DNA from: Capsulimonadaceae bacterium
GTDB taxonomy: Bacteria > Armatimonadota > Armatimonadia > Armatimonadales > Capsulimonadaceae
Direction of reading: 5' to 3'
DNA: 64,000 nucleotides
Assembly (NCBI GenBank): GCA_965215505.1
Contig: OZ244065.1
Location: 4,992,001-5,056,000 of the forward strand
Positions 51,580-59,413 of the stretch are shown piece after piece; position 1 is the stretch's first letter; every line of letters begins with the position of its first letter. The translations under genes and the position numbers were made by a program. Below the pieces are notes generated by a model that was given only the letters and a program-made list of their open reading frames with translations, was not told the origin of the DNA and made no database searches.

Positions 51580-52989
51580 CTAAGGCGCGGCCTGACTCCA
51601 CTGGACGACCCAGGGGTGCTTCAGGGCCAGGCGCTGGGCCTGTTCGGGGGCGACCATGTGCAGGAAGGCGAGGTATCCGCCGGCGTAGGCGCGGGCGTCT
51701 TTGCCCATCTGCCGGGAGACTTCGGCGACGCCTAATGTCTCGCAGCGGTGCAGGACGGCGCGGAAGCGGCGCAGGTCGGGGCGCGAGACGTGGGGCGTCT
51801 CGTTGACGACGATGCCGGTCACGACCTGGCGGTGCTGGGGGCGCAATACGGAGGTTTTCTCCTCGTTCACCGTCAACCCCACATCCGCGATGATCCGGCG
51901 GGCCAGGGCGAGCAGGATGCCGACCGGGGCCGACGATTCGGCGTGCGAGAAGACCAGGTCGTCGGCGTAGCGGGAGTACCGGAAGCCAAGCGCCTCGGCG
52001 GCCCCGGCAAGGCGTGAGTCCATGCGGTGGCACAGGAGGTTCGTCAGGGCGGGCGACGTGCAGGCCCCTTGCGGCAGACTGCGCTCGCCAATCGCGACGA
52101 AATGCGGCTTGCCGTCGAGCAGGACGGCGGCGCGCGGGGCCTCGGTGGCGAGCAATGAGAAGAGAGTCGCGACGCCGCCGCTGTAGCCCATCTCGCGGAA
52201 CAGGCGGCGGACGCGCGGCAGGGTGATGGAGGGGAAGAAGTCTTTGAGGTCAATGCGGGCGACGACGGCCCGGCCCGTGTGCCGGGCGGCGTTGTCCACG
52301 ACGGACAGGCCGGGGCGGAAGGCGGCGGCGGCCTCATGCACCGGCAGCGGGGCGAGGATGTTTTCCAGCAGCCAGCTTTGGGCGGCGCGCAGGCGGCGCT
52401 TGGGGGAGGAGATGACGCGCGTCCCGCCCCGCTTCTTCGGGATGGCGAACCGGGAATAGTGGTCCAGGCTCGCCGCCCCCCGGTGGTAAGTCAGCCAGGC
52501 CAGCTCGCGCTCCTCGATGCCGATGGCCTGAGCGACATCGGTCGCGGAGGTGAGGAGCGGCAGGCCCAGGGCGGCAAGCTCCTCCGGCTCGCCCGCGTCG
52601 TAGACCAGGCTCTTGGAGACGCCTCCGCCCAGGAAGGGCAGGGTCTTATGCCGCCACTCGGCGTCGTCGGCCTTTCTCTGCGCCTCTTCCTTGAGGCGGG
52701 CCTCGCGGCGGGCGGTGCGTTCGGCCCGGACGCGCTCGATGCGCTTGCGGCGGACCTCCAGGAGCAGTCGGGGGATGTCGCCCGCTTCGGCGATCTGCGC
52801 CTCGACGGCGGCGAGGTCGGTCTGCGCCGACGCCATCTCGTCATAGAGCGCGCGGAGCTGCTTCTCGGCAGTCGCGGCCTGGGCGGCGACTTCGGGGTTC
52901 GGGGGCCAGAAGCCGAGCCGCGTCATCTCCTCGCGGATGAAAGCCTGCTTGCCGACCTGCTGGTAGCGTTTCTTCTGCTCCGCGTTCAC
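51580..52989 (-). CDS. Retron-type reverse transcriptase (Mx162-like, long N-terminal extension)
   Basis: IPKKRGGTRVISSP, region X NAARH, DLKDFFPSI, LPQGACTSP, YSRYADDLVFS, region Y QVVTGIVVN; GTG start overlaps the upstream TGA. Confidence 0.92.
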   Translation of the reverse strand: MNAEQKKRYQQVGKQAFIREEMTRLGFWPPNPEVAAQAATAEKQLRALYDEMASAQTDLAAVEAQIAEAGDIPRLLLEVRRKRIERVRAERTARREARLKEEAQRKADDAEWRHKTLPFLGGGVSKSLVYDAGEPEELAALGLPLLTSATDVAQAIGIEERELAWLTYHRGAASLDHYSRFAIPKKRGGTRVISSPKRRLRAAQSWLLENILAPLPVHEAAAAFRPGLSVVDNAARHTGRAVVARIDLKDFFPSITLPRVRRLFREMGYSGGVATLFSLLATEAPRAAVLLDGKPHFVAIGERSLPQGACTSPALTNLLCHRMDSRLAGAAEALGFRYSRYADDLVFSHAESSAPVGILLALARRIIADVGLTVNEEKTSVLRPQHRQVVTGIVVNETPHVSRPDLRRFRAVLHRCETLGVAEVSRQMGKDARAYAGGYLAFLHMVAPEQAQRLALKHPWVVQWSQAAP

Positions 52990-54980
52990 TTGGCTTTGTC
53001 CTCCAGCATGGCCTGGAACTGGGTTTCGGTCAGGACCGAGACGCCCAGCTCGCGCGCCTTAGTCAGCTTGGAGCCGGCCTTGTCGCCCGCTACCAGGTGC
53101 GTGGTCGTCCGGGTGACGCTGCCCGAGGCTTTGCCGCCGCCCTGCATGACCAGGCTCTCGGCCTGCTCCCGCGTGAACAATGTCAAAGCGCCGGTGAAGA
53201 CGAAGGTCTGGCCCTTGAAGCGGTCCGGGCGGAGGGCCGCCCCACCGCCCCCGGCGGCGGCCTGGGTCGCGCCCGCCCCGACCTGCTGCTGCGAGGCCAG
53301 CACGGTGGCGGCCAGGATGTGGGCGCACGGCCCTTTGCGGAGCTTCTCGCGCCGGTGCCAGGCGCAGTCGCAGGTGACGAACAGGGCGCGGCCGTCGGCG
53401 TCCAGGTCCAGCACGACGTGGAACTTGCGTTCCCGCTTCTCCTCGCCGCCGCGCACCTGGGCGCGGTAGCGGGTGGCCGCCTCGCTCGCCGGGGGCAGGC
53501 CGAAGATCTCTTCCTCCTCCTCGCCCGGCTTCAGCCACTTGACCCCGCCGGTGGCAACGAGCCGCCGGGCCAGGAACAGGCGCGGGTCGGATTCTTCTTC
53601 GCTCTCCGCCGGGAACGGCAAAAGCTGCCGCCAGCGGTAGACTCCGTCGGCCAGGTCGTACATCGCCCGTCCCTCGCGGCACAGGCGCTGCAAGGCGGAT
53701 GTCGCCGCCTCGCGCGACAGGTCGGTGTACGACGCCAGCTCCTGCGGCGACAGCCGCAGGCGCGTCTCCAACGCCTGGGCGGCCTGGGCGATGTCCCCCT
53801 CGGAAACCTGACCCGTCGAGGCCAGCAGGTCGAAGCGGGCCGCCCGCGACCAGTCGTTCTTGGTCCAGCCGGACAGCCCTAGATCAAACCGATGCCCCTT
53901 CTGGAAGACCGTCCAGTAGGAGGGCATCCCCGTCCCCAGCAGCCGCGCCTGGACCTTGTCGGCAGTCGGCATCAGAGATTCGAGCGTGAGCAGCCGCCGC
54001 CGCCCCCAGATCCGCACGTCGCCCGTAAAGTCGCCTTCATAGACGTGGTTCGTTTCGGCGATTTCGATGTTCCACGGCTCGACGATGACTTTGGGCTTTT
54101 GGCCCGGCGCGAGAACGAAGCGCAATGAGCGCGGCCCCTGATCCTCGTGGCGGCGGCGCAGGACGGCCAGCATCTCGGCGACCGTGGCGGTGCTCAGGGT
54201 CAGGTCAATGCCGGCAAATGCCGCCGCCGACTGCACCTGCAAGAAGCCGCGCACCCAGGTCGGCGGCAGGTCTATCTTCTTTTCCATGTGCTCGCCCGCG
54301 CCGGTCGCCACCGTCACGCCCCCGCCGCCCACCTGCAAGTAGGCGGGGCGGTAGTCGCGGACGCGGGCGATCTCGTTGGCGAGCGCCTTGCTGTAGTCCA
54401 CGTTCGTCGTGCCGTAGACCGTCTCGCCCATCGTGTCCAGCTTAGACATCGGCACGGTGACGCGCCCGTAGCTGGACTCGTCAATGGAGAAGACTTCAAA
54501 GACGACGCAGTCGGGGTGGACGCTGACGACCGGGTCTAGCACCATCCAGGCATCCTTGTCGTTGTCCCAGAGCCACTTGAAGTAGACGGCGCGGGACTGA
54601 AAAAAGTCCGCGCTCGCAAGCTCTTTCTCCAGGGGCAGCGCTTCGGTGCGGAGCGCCTTGATGCGGGCCTTCAGGCCGTCGCGGCGGTCGTTCAATCCAG
54701 GCATCTGGCGCAGCCGCAGGCCCACCTCGGCCCCCAACTCTTCCAGATACCGCTGCTGCACCCACTCCTGGTAGGCGGTGTGGTCTTTCGGTTTGGCCCG
54801 GTGGTCGCCGGACACGACGGCGTACAAAGCCAGCATGACGCGGGCATAGGCGAGGCTGTCTTTGACCAGGGCGCTGAGGGCAACCGGTGGGCGGGACAGC
54901 TCTGCGGCCACGTCAAGCCGCATCCCGTCGGGGCTGAGGACGCCGCCGCTGGGGCGGGCATAGGACTGTGTGACTTCCAT
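52986..54980 (-). CDS. SWIM zinc-finger protein with C-terminal BRCT domain (retron-associated)
   Basis: LDPVVSVHPD..FEVFSIDESSY, WVRGFLQVQSA, SWIM CDC...GPCAH, LigA-type BRCT FVFTGAL...SVTRTTTHLVAG...SKLTKARELGV. Confidence 0.88.
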   Translation of the reverse strand: MEVTQSYARPSGGVLSPDGMRLDVAAELSRPPVALSALVKDSLAYARVMLALYAVVSGDHRAKPKDHTAYQEWVQQRYLEELGAEVGLRLRQMPGLNDRRDGLKARIKALRTEALPLEKELASADFFQSRAVYFKWLWDNDKDAWMVLDPVVSVHPDCVVFEVFSIDESSYGRVTVPMSKLDTMGETVYGTTNVDYSKALANEIARVRDYRPAYLQVGGGGVTVATGAGEHMEKKIDLPPTWVRGFLQVQSAAAFAGIDLTLSTATVAEMLAVLRRRHEDQGPRSLRFVLAPGQKPKVIVEPWNIEIAETNHVYEGDFTGDVRIWGRRRLLTLESLMPTADKVQARLLGTGMPSYWTVFQKGHRFDLGLSGWTKNDWSRAARFDLLASTGQVSEGDIAQAAQALETRLRLSPQELASYTDLSREAATSALQRLCREGRAMYDLADGVYRWRQLLPFPAESEEESDPRLFLARRLVATGGVKWLKPGEEEEEIFGLPPASEAATRYRAQVRGGEEKRERKFHVVLDLDADGRALFVTCDCAWHRREKLRKGPCAHILAATVLASQQQVGAGATQAAAGGGGAALRPDRFKGQTFVFTGALTLFTREQAESLVMQGGGKASGSVTRTTTHLVAGDKAGSKLTKARELGVSVLTETQFQAMLEDKAK

Positions 54981-55074
54981 AGGTGATGCTCCCGAAAAAG
55001 AACCATGCCATGAATGGCACGGCTATTCGGCCTTCGGCCAAGAAGTACCGCTTCGCGGCACTGGAAAGGGGTTT

Positions 55075-58000
55075 TCACCCGCCGGCCACGCCGGTGACGG
55101 TGAATCCTTCGATCTCCTGCCCGGACAGCGCGAGCCGGGCGAGCTGGCCCAAGGCCCATTCCGCGTCGCGGGGTGTCCGGCTGCGGGCCAGGGCCAGCAG
55201 GGTGGGGACGTCCACGGTCGGCTCGGCCGTCAGGCGGGCCTTCACCTGCTCCTTGGCGCGGCGGGCGGTGTGCCGCGCCCGCAGCACCTCGCCGTCGAAC
55301 TGGGCGGTGCCGACGGGGCGGCTGGACGAGTGGGACAAAAGCTCGGCGGCGAATGCCTGCATGTCTGGGTGGAAGTTTTCGAATAGCGCCCGCAGCAGCT
55401 CCTCCTGGGGCAGCGTCTCCCACCGGGCCGTCACAAACGTGCGGCCTTGGGCGCGGACGGGGGCCAGCGGGCTGTCGCACAGGGCGAGGGCGTAGCCGCG
55501 CTCGCCCGTGTCGCCAGATGGCAGGGACGTGAAGAACGCGCCGCCGACCTCCACCGAGGCGGGCAGGCTGGACTCCAGGAGCCGGAGGGCGAAAGGCAGG
55601 TCCAGGCCCAGGGCGCGTACCCGGCCCAAGGCCCAGGTGCGGACGGCGGGCAGGACGTGGGTGGCGGCCTGAAGCAGCAGGGGCGAGTTCGCCGTGAAGA
55701 GCGCCTCGCGCGCCCGCGCCCACCGGCCCAGGATGGCGTCAAAGGCCGGTTCACGGACGGACAGCAGGCCCAAATCATCTACGCCTATCAGCGTGTCCGC
55801 GATCTCTAAGTCTTGGAGCAGGCGTCGTTCCAGGCGGCCCTCGGCGTCCACAGCCAGGGCGGACGGGGCGGCGTTCCAGAAAGCGGCGAGGCCGATGCCC
55901 GCGCGCAAATGGTCCCGGAGGAACGGGCGGAAGTCCGGCCAGCGGTCGTCGGGGACGGCGGCGATGAGGCTCAGGGCGACCGAGACGGGCAGACTGGGCA
56001 GGATCGCCGCGAAGGTCTCGGGCGACAGCAGGGCGGCGAGGAACGGCCGGTCGCGCAGGAGGTCGGCGATGTCCTGCGGGGACAGGCCCGCCCGCGCCAG
56101 CCCGGCCAGGGCGGCGGCTGAGGACATGGCCGTCCGCAAGGGCGGCGTCTCCTGCGGGCTGTCCAGCAGGCCCGTCCAGAGCGTGCGGAAGACAGCTCCG
56201 CCCGTGGCGCTCGCTGCCAGCAGTTGCCAGCCCGATGCCCGGACGAACTCGTCCCCGAAGTTCAGGACCAGAGCCTGGGCCTCGGCATGCGTGAACGCCT
56301 GCGACCCCAGGCCCTCCGCCAGTGCCGTCACGACACGCTCCTGCTGGGCTGCGGACACGGACTGGAGGGTCTGGAGCCAGCCCAGTGCCTCGGACGGCGT
56401 CACGCGCCTGGCTTGGGCCAGAACGAGGGCGGTCAGTCCGGGCCGGTCGGCGTTCAGCAGCGGGGCCGCCATCGCGCGGACAAGCGCGTCCGGGAAGAGG
56501 GCGGGGAAGCGCCGGGCGATCATCTCGCAGGCCGCCGCGTGACGTCGGGGAAGCCGCCCGCCGACGAGGCTCAGGCTCGCCAGGTCGAGCGCCTGGCTTG
56601 CGAAGGCCCGGTTCCAGTCCTCGCGCCGGTCATGCCGGTCCAGGGTGGCCTCGATGACGCGCCGCAGCCGCCCGCCGGATTTGACGTAGGCGGTCGCGGC
56701 GGTCCGGGGGTCTATGTCCCAGCCGTTCTCCAGATGGGCGGCGAGGGGACGGAGGGCAAAGTGGACCAGCAGGGGTGACGGGCTGGCGATGAACCCCGCC
56801 AGCGCCTCCTCCGAAGGGGCCGGCAGGGGACCGCCCAAGGCGAACAAGATTTTCAGCATCGCCTCGTGGACGGGCCACGGCAGGGCTGGGTCGAGCAGCA
56901 GGGCGGCGGCGGCCTCGGGGTGGCGGCCCCACGCCTCGGGTGCCCGCTCCTCGCGCGTCCGCAGGCGGAGGCGAGCGGGTCGGGTGGGGGTGAGCGGGCC
57001 GCGCCCGTGCCGCCCCTGGGCGTAGCGGTCCGAGCCGCCGTACAGGATGTCGGCCAGCACCCACTGCCGGGCCGCGTCAAAGGCGGCATCATTGTCCGGG
57101 CGGGCGGCGGCTAGGGTGGCGGCGGCAAGCGGGACATAAGCGTCGGGGTTCGTTTTCGCAAAAACGCGCAGTGCGCGGCGGATGCGTCGCTTCATGTAGC
57201 CCAAAGTCGCCCCGCTCGGCGGCATCCCGATGCGGGCGGGCTTGGCCGGGTTGACCAGGCTATACAAGTCCATCCCGTCGTAGGAAGTACCCACATACGC
57301 CCTGTCCTCCGACACAACGATCCCGGTGGCAAACTGAGTGCTGAACTGCCCCGCCAGGATGGGTGTATCCGGGCGGCTGATGTCCACGACCTGCGGGGGG
57401 CCGTACTGGACCGTCAGGTAGGCGAAATCGCCGTGGAGGGTGATGGATTGCGGCGCGTAATAGCGCATCGCTAGGAACCCGCGCTTCCAGGGCCGGGCGG
57501 GGTCGGACACGTCCACGACGTGCAGGCCGGGGGCACCGCTCGGGCCGTCCCGGTCTACGCCCACGAAGGCGAGTGATCCGCGCAAGGCGACGGCGGTCGG
57601 GTTAGTGAAGGGCAGGGTGCCAAGCAGACGGGGCCTCCGCGGGTCAGAGACGTGGACGAGGGACAGGCCGCCCGCGTTGGGGATCTGGCCCCACCGGAAC
57701 CGGGTCTCGCCCGACGTGACGACGGCCAAGGTGCCGTCGCAGGCGACATGCTGGGCGTCTTTGATCTCCAGTTCGCCCGCGATCCGGGGCTGGTCGGGGT
57801 CCGTCAGGTCCAGAACGCGCAGGCCGCTTAGTGTGCTTTTCTGGCCCTGAGCCGTCGTGTAACTCTGGCCTTGAACGGCGGCGTAAACATACGGGAAAGC
57901 GCCGACGGCCCGCGCCTGCCCGCCGATGGCGAGTGTTCCTCGCCAGCGGGGGCCGCCGGGACTGGTGGGATCAAAGATGCTGAGGAGGCGATCATCCCGC

Positions 58001-58449
58001 CCGCCGCCCAGGGGGCAGACGAAGGGGCCGCAGGCAGTCAGCGAGGCCGCGCCGGGCATCTCCACGCTGCCCAGAACAGTCGGGTGGAGAGGGTCGGCGG
58101 GGTCAAACTCGTAGCCGGCTAGCTTCTGCGTGCGGCTGGAGTCGTTGAGCAGGCAGTAGACCCGCCGCCCCGCCACGGCGAGGCTCCCGACGCCGCGCAC
58201 GCCCGGCTCCAGGGCGACGGGCAGAGCGGGAGCGGAAGAAGACAGCGGCACGGCGTCCATCCGGGCGGCCAGCGCGCCGAACAGGGCGGGGTCAGCAAGG
58301 GGGTTCGTTTCGACACTTTTATACAGCCGCTTGAGCCGCCCCCAGGTCCCATAGGCCAGCGGCGTGTCGCGGGCGAACGCGGCGAGCGCCTGACGGTCGG
58401 CCTCGGAGGCGGGCGGGTAGGGGAAAGCATCGGGATCAGGCGGGGGCAT
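55075..58449 (-). CDS. Large ARM/HEAT-like helical protein with inserted LVIVD-repeat beta-propeller (retron-associated)
   Basis: Five or more GL.V.D.SDP..P...G repeats between RLKRLYKSVE...FGALAARMD and TLGYMKRR; Leu/Ala-rich helical C-terminal two-thirds. Confidence 0.8.
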   Translation of the reverse strand: MPPPDPDAFPYPPASEADRQALAAFARDTPLAYGTWGRLKRLYKSVETNPLADPALFGALAARMDAVPLSSSAPALPVALEPGVRGVGSLAVAGRRVYCLLNDSSRTQKLAGYEFDPADPLHPTVLGSVEMPGAASLTACGPFVCPLGGGRDDRLLSIFDPTSPGGPRWRGTLAIGGQARAVGAFPYVYAAVQGQSYTTAQGQKSTLSGLRVLDLTDPDQPRIAGELEIKDAQHVACDGTLAVVTSGETRFRWGQIPNAGGLSLVHVSDPRRPRLLGTLPFTNPTAVALRGSLAFVGVDRDGPSGAPGLHVVDVSDPARPWKRGFLAMRYYAPQSITLHGDFAYLTVQYGPPQVVDISRPDTPILAGQFSTQFATGIVVSEDRAYVGTSYDGMDLYSLVNPAKPARIGMPPSGATLGYMKRRIRRALRVFAKTNPDAYVPLAAATLAAARPDNDAAFDAARQWVLADILYGGSDRYAQGRHGRGPLTPTRPARLRLRTREERAPEAWGRHPEAAAALLLDPALPWPVHEAMLKILFALGGPLPAPSEEALAGFIASPSPLLVHFALRPLAAHLENGWDIDPRTAATAYVKSGGRLRRVIEATLDRHDRREDWNRAFASQALDLASLSLVGGRLPRRHAAACEMIARRFPALFPDALVRAMAAPLLNADRPGLTALVLAQARRVTPSEALGWLQTLQSVSAAQQERVVTALAEGLGSQAFTHAEAQALVLNFGDEFVRASGWQLLAASATGGAVFRTLWTGLLDSPQETPPLRTAMSSAAALAGLARAGLSPQDIADLLRDRPFLAALLSPETFAAILPSLPVSVALSLIAAVPDDRWPDFRPFLRDHLRAGIGLAAFWNAAPSALAVDAEGRLERRLLQDLEIADTLIGVDDLGLLSVREPAFDAILGRWARAREALFTANSPLLLQAATHVLPAVRTWALGRVRALGLDLPFALRLLESSLPASVEVGGAFFTSLPSGDTGERGYALALCDSPLAPVRAQGRTFVTARWETLPQEELLRALFENFHPDMQAFAAELLSHSSSRPVGTAQFDGEVLRARHTARRAKEQVKARLTAEPTVDVPTLLALARSRTPRDAEWALGQLARLALSGQEIEGFTVTGVAGG

Positions 58450-58504
58450 GGGTCTCGCTCCAAGCCCTGCGGCGGGCCGTTAGGAAAGCGTCTTCGGAAA
58501 AGGC

Positions 58505-58752
58505 GTTGTCAGCCGGGGGTCGAATATCGCTACTAAACAAGAAGGGACCGGGCGCGGCCACTGTAGGCGCGACACCGGGGGTAGCCCCCATCTCGTTGGT
58601 GGGCCACGCCGACTCAGCGGCGGCGAGATGGGGGCTACCCCCGGTGTCGCGCTGAGTAGAGACGTGCGCCGGTGATGTGAAGGCCGCTTCACGGCAGCCA
58701 CGGCGAAACGCCGCAGACGGATTGCTAACGCCATCACCCCCAGACTGACAAC
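58505..58752 (-). ncRNA. Retron msr-msd non-coding RNA
   Basis: a1/a2 arms at 58736-58752 and 58505-58520; short msr hairpins; perfect 29-bp msd stem 58567-58595/58624-58652. Confidence 0.8.
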
Positions 58753-58759
58753 TGAGGAT

Positions 58760-58788
58760 AGTATATCACGTCAGGGCGGTGTTGGCAA
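58760..58788 (-). promoter_or_regulatory. sigma70 promoter of the retron operon
   Basis: TTGCCA-17 nt-TATACT; predicted TSS at about 58753, the start of the 5' arm. Confidence 0.75.
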
Positions 58789-58840
58789 CTGGTGGGTGTG
58801 GTTGTGAAAGGGCGGTTTTTGGGAATTCTCATGTGGTGAG

Positions 58841-58874
58841 AAAAAGCGGGCCGGGGAACCCCGGCCCGCTTTTT
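58841..58874. terminator. Intrinsic (bidirectional) terminator
   Basis: aaaaagcgggccgggg-aa-ccccggcccgcttttt. Confidence 0.85.
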
Positions 58875-58890
58875 GGCTGCGCTCTCTAAG

Positions 58891-59190
58891 TCAGCGCTCT
58901 TCCGCTGGGGTCGGCGCGTTGACCGGGGTTCCCAGGTCGTCGTGGGAGCGGTCCGTCTTGGTGCCGCTCATCTGGACCGAGGTTCCATCCTGCCGCTGGT
59001 CATTGCGGAGGGCATCCCCGGTCGTGTCCTGGGACTGGGCGCGCGGCGTGTTGGTGGGTTTTGCGGCCGCCTCGTTCCGGTCGCCGCTGCCGTGCGTCAG
59101 CCGCTGCTCCCCCTCGCCGTCCGCCTGTGCCTGCCGGATCTTGTCGTCATCGGGCGTGTTCCGGTCCTGATCGCCTATCGCTTCTGCCAT
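58891..59190 (-). CDS. Small hydrophilic, probably disordered protein
   Basis: AGGAGAGGA RBS, 99 aa, followed by a terminator. Confidence 0.65.
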   Translation of the reverse strand: MAEAIGDQDRNTPDDDKIRQAQADGEGEQRLTHGSGDRNEAAAKPTNTPRAQSQDTTGDALRNDQRQDGTSVQMSGTKTDRSHDDLGTPVNAPTPAEER

Positions 59191-59360
59191 GGTGTGTTCC
59201 TCTCCTGAGTTCTCTGCCTCCGTCTTACCGCTGGGCGGCGGGCGCTAAACCGGGCAGGCTGCTTTGGTTGGTCTGGAAGAGGGGCGGGTAAGCCCCCCGC
59301 CCCCAATTCTGGGGGAGCCAGAAGGGGGCGGGAAAGGGAGGGCGAAGGGGAAGGGAGGGA

Positions 59361-59386
59361 AGGGCGAACACAAGGTTCGCCCCTAC
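59361..59386 (-). repeat. GTAG-type REP-like palindrome
   Basis: GTAGGGGCGAACCTTGTGTTCGCCCT on the minus strand. Confidence 0.6.
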
Positions 59387-59413
59387 ATGATACACTCCCG
59401 GAGGCGGGGGCAC

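Noticed and set aside
51580-52989. RT as a group II intron maturase, DGR RT or CRISPR-associated RT
   Set aside because: No maturase/X or endonuclease domain, no intron domain V seen, no TR/VR pair, no cas1; NAxxH and VTG motifs plus an msr-msd-like RNA point to a retron
58567-58652. 29-bp inverted repeat as a terminator or MITE
   Set aside because: No U-tract or TSD; it is nested within a1/a2 arms directly behind a promoter
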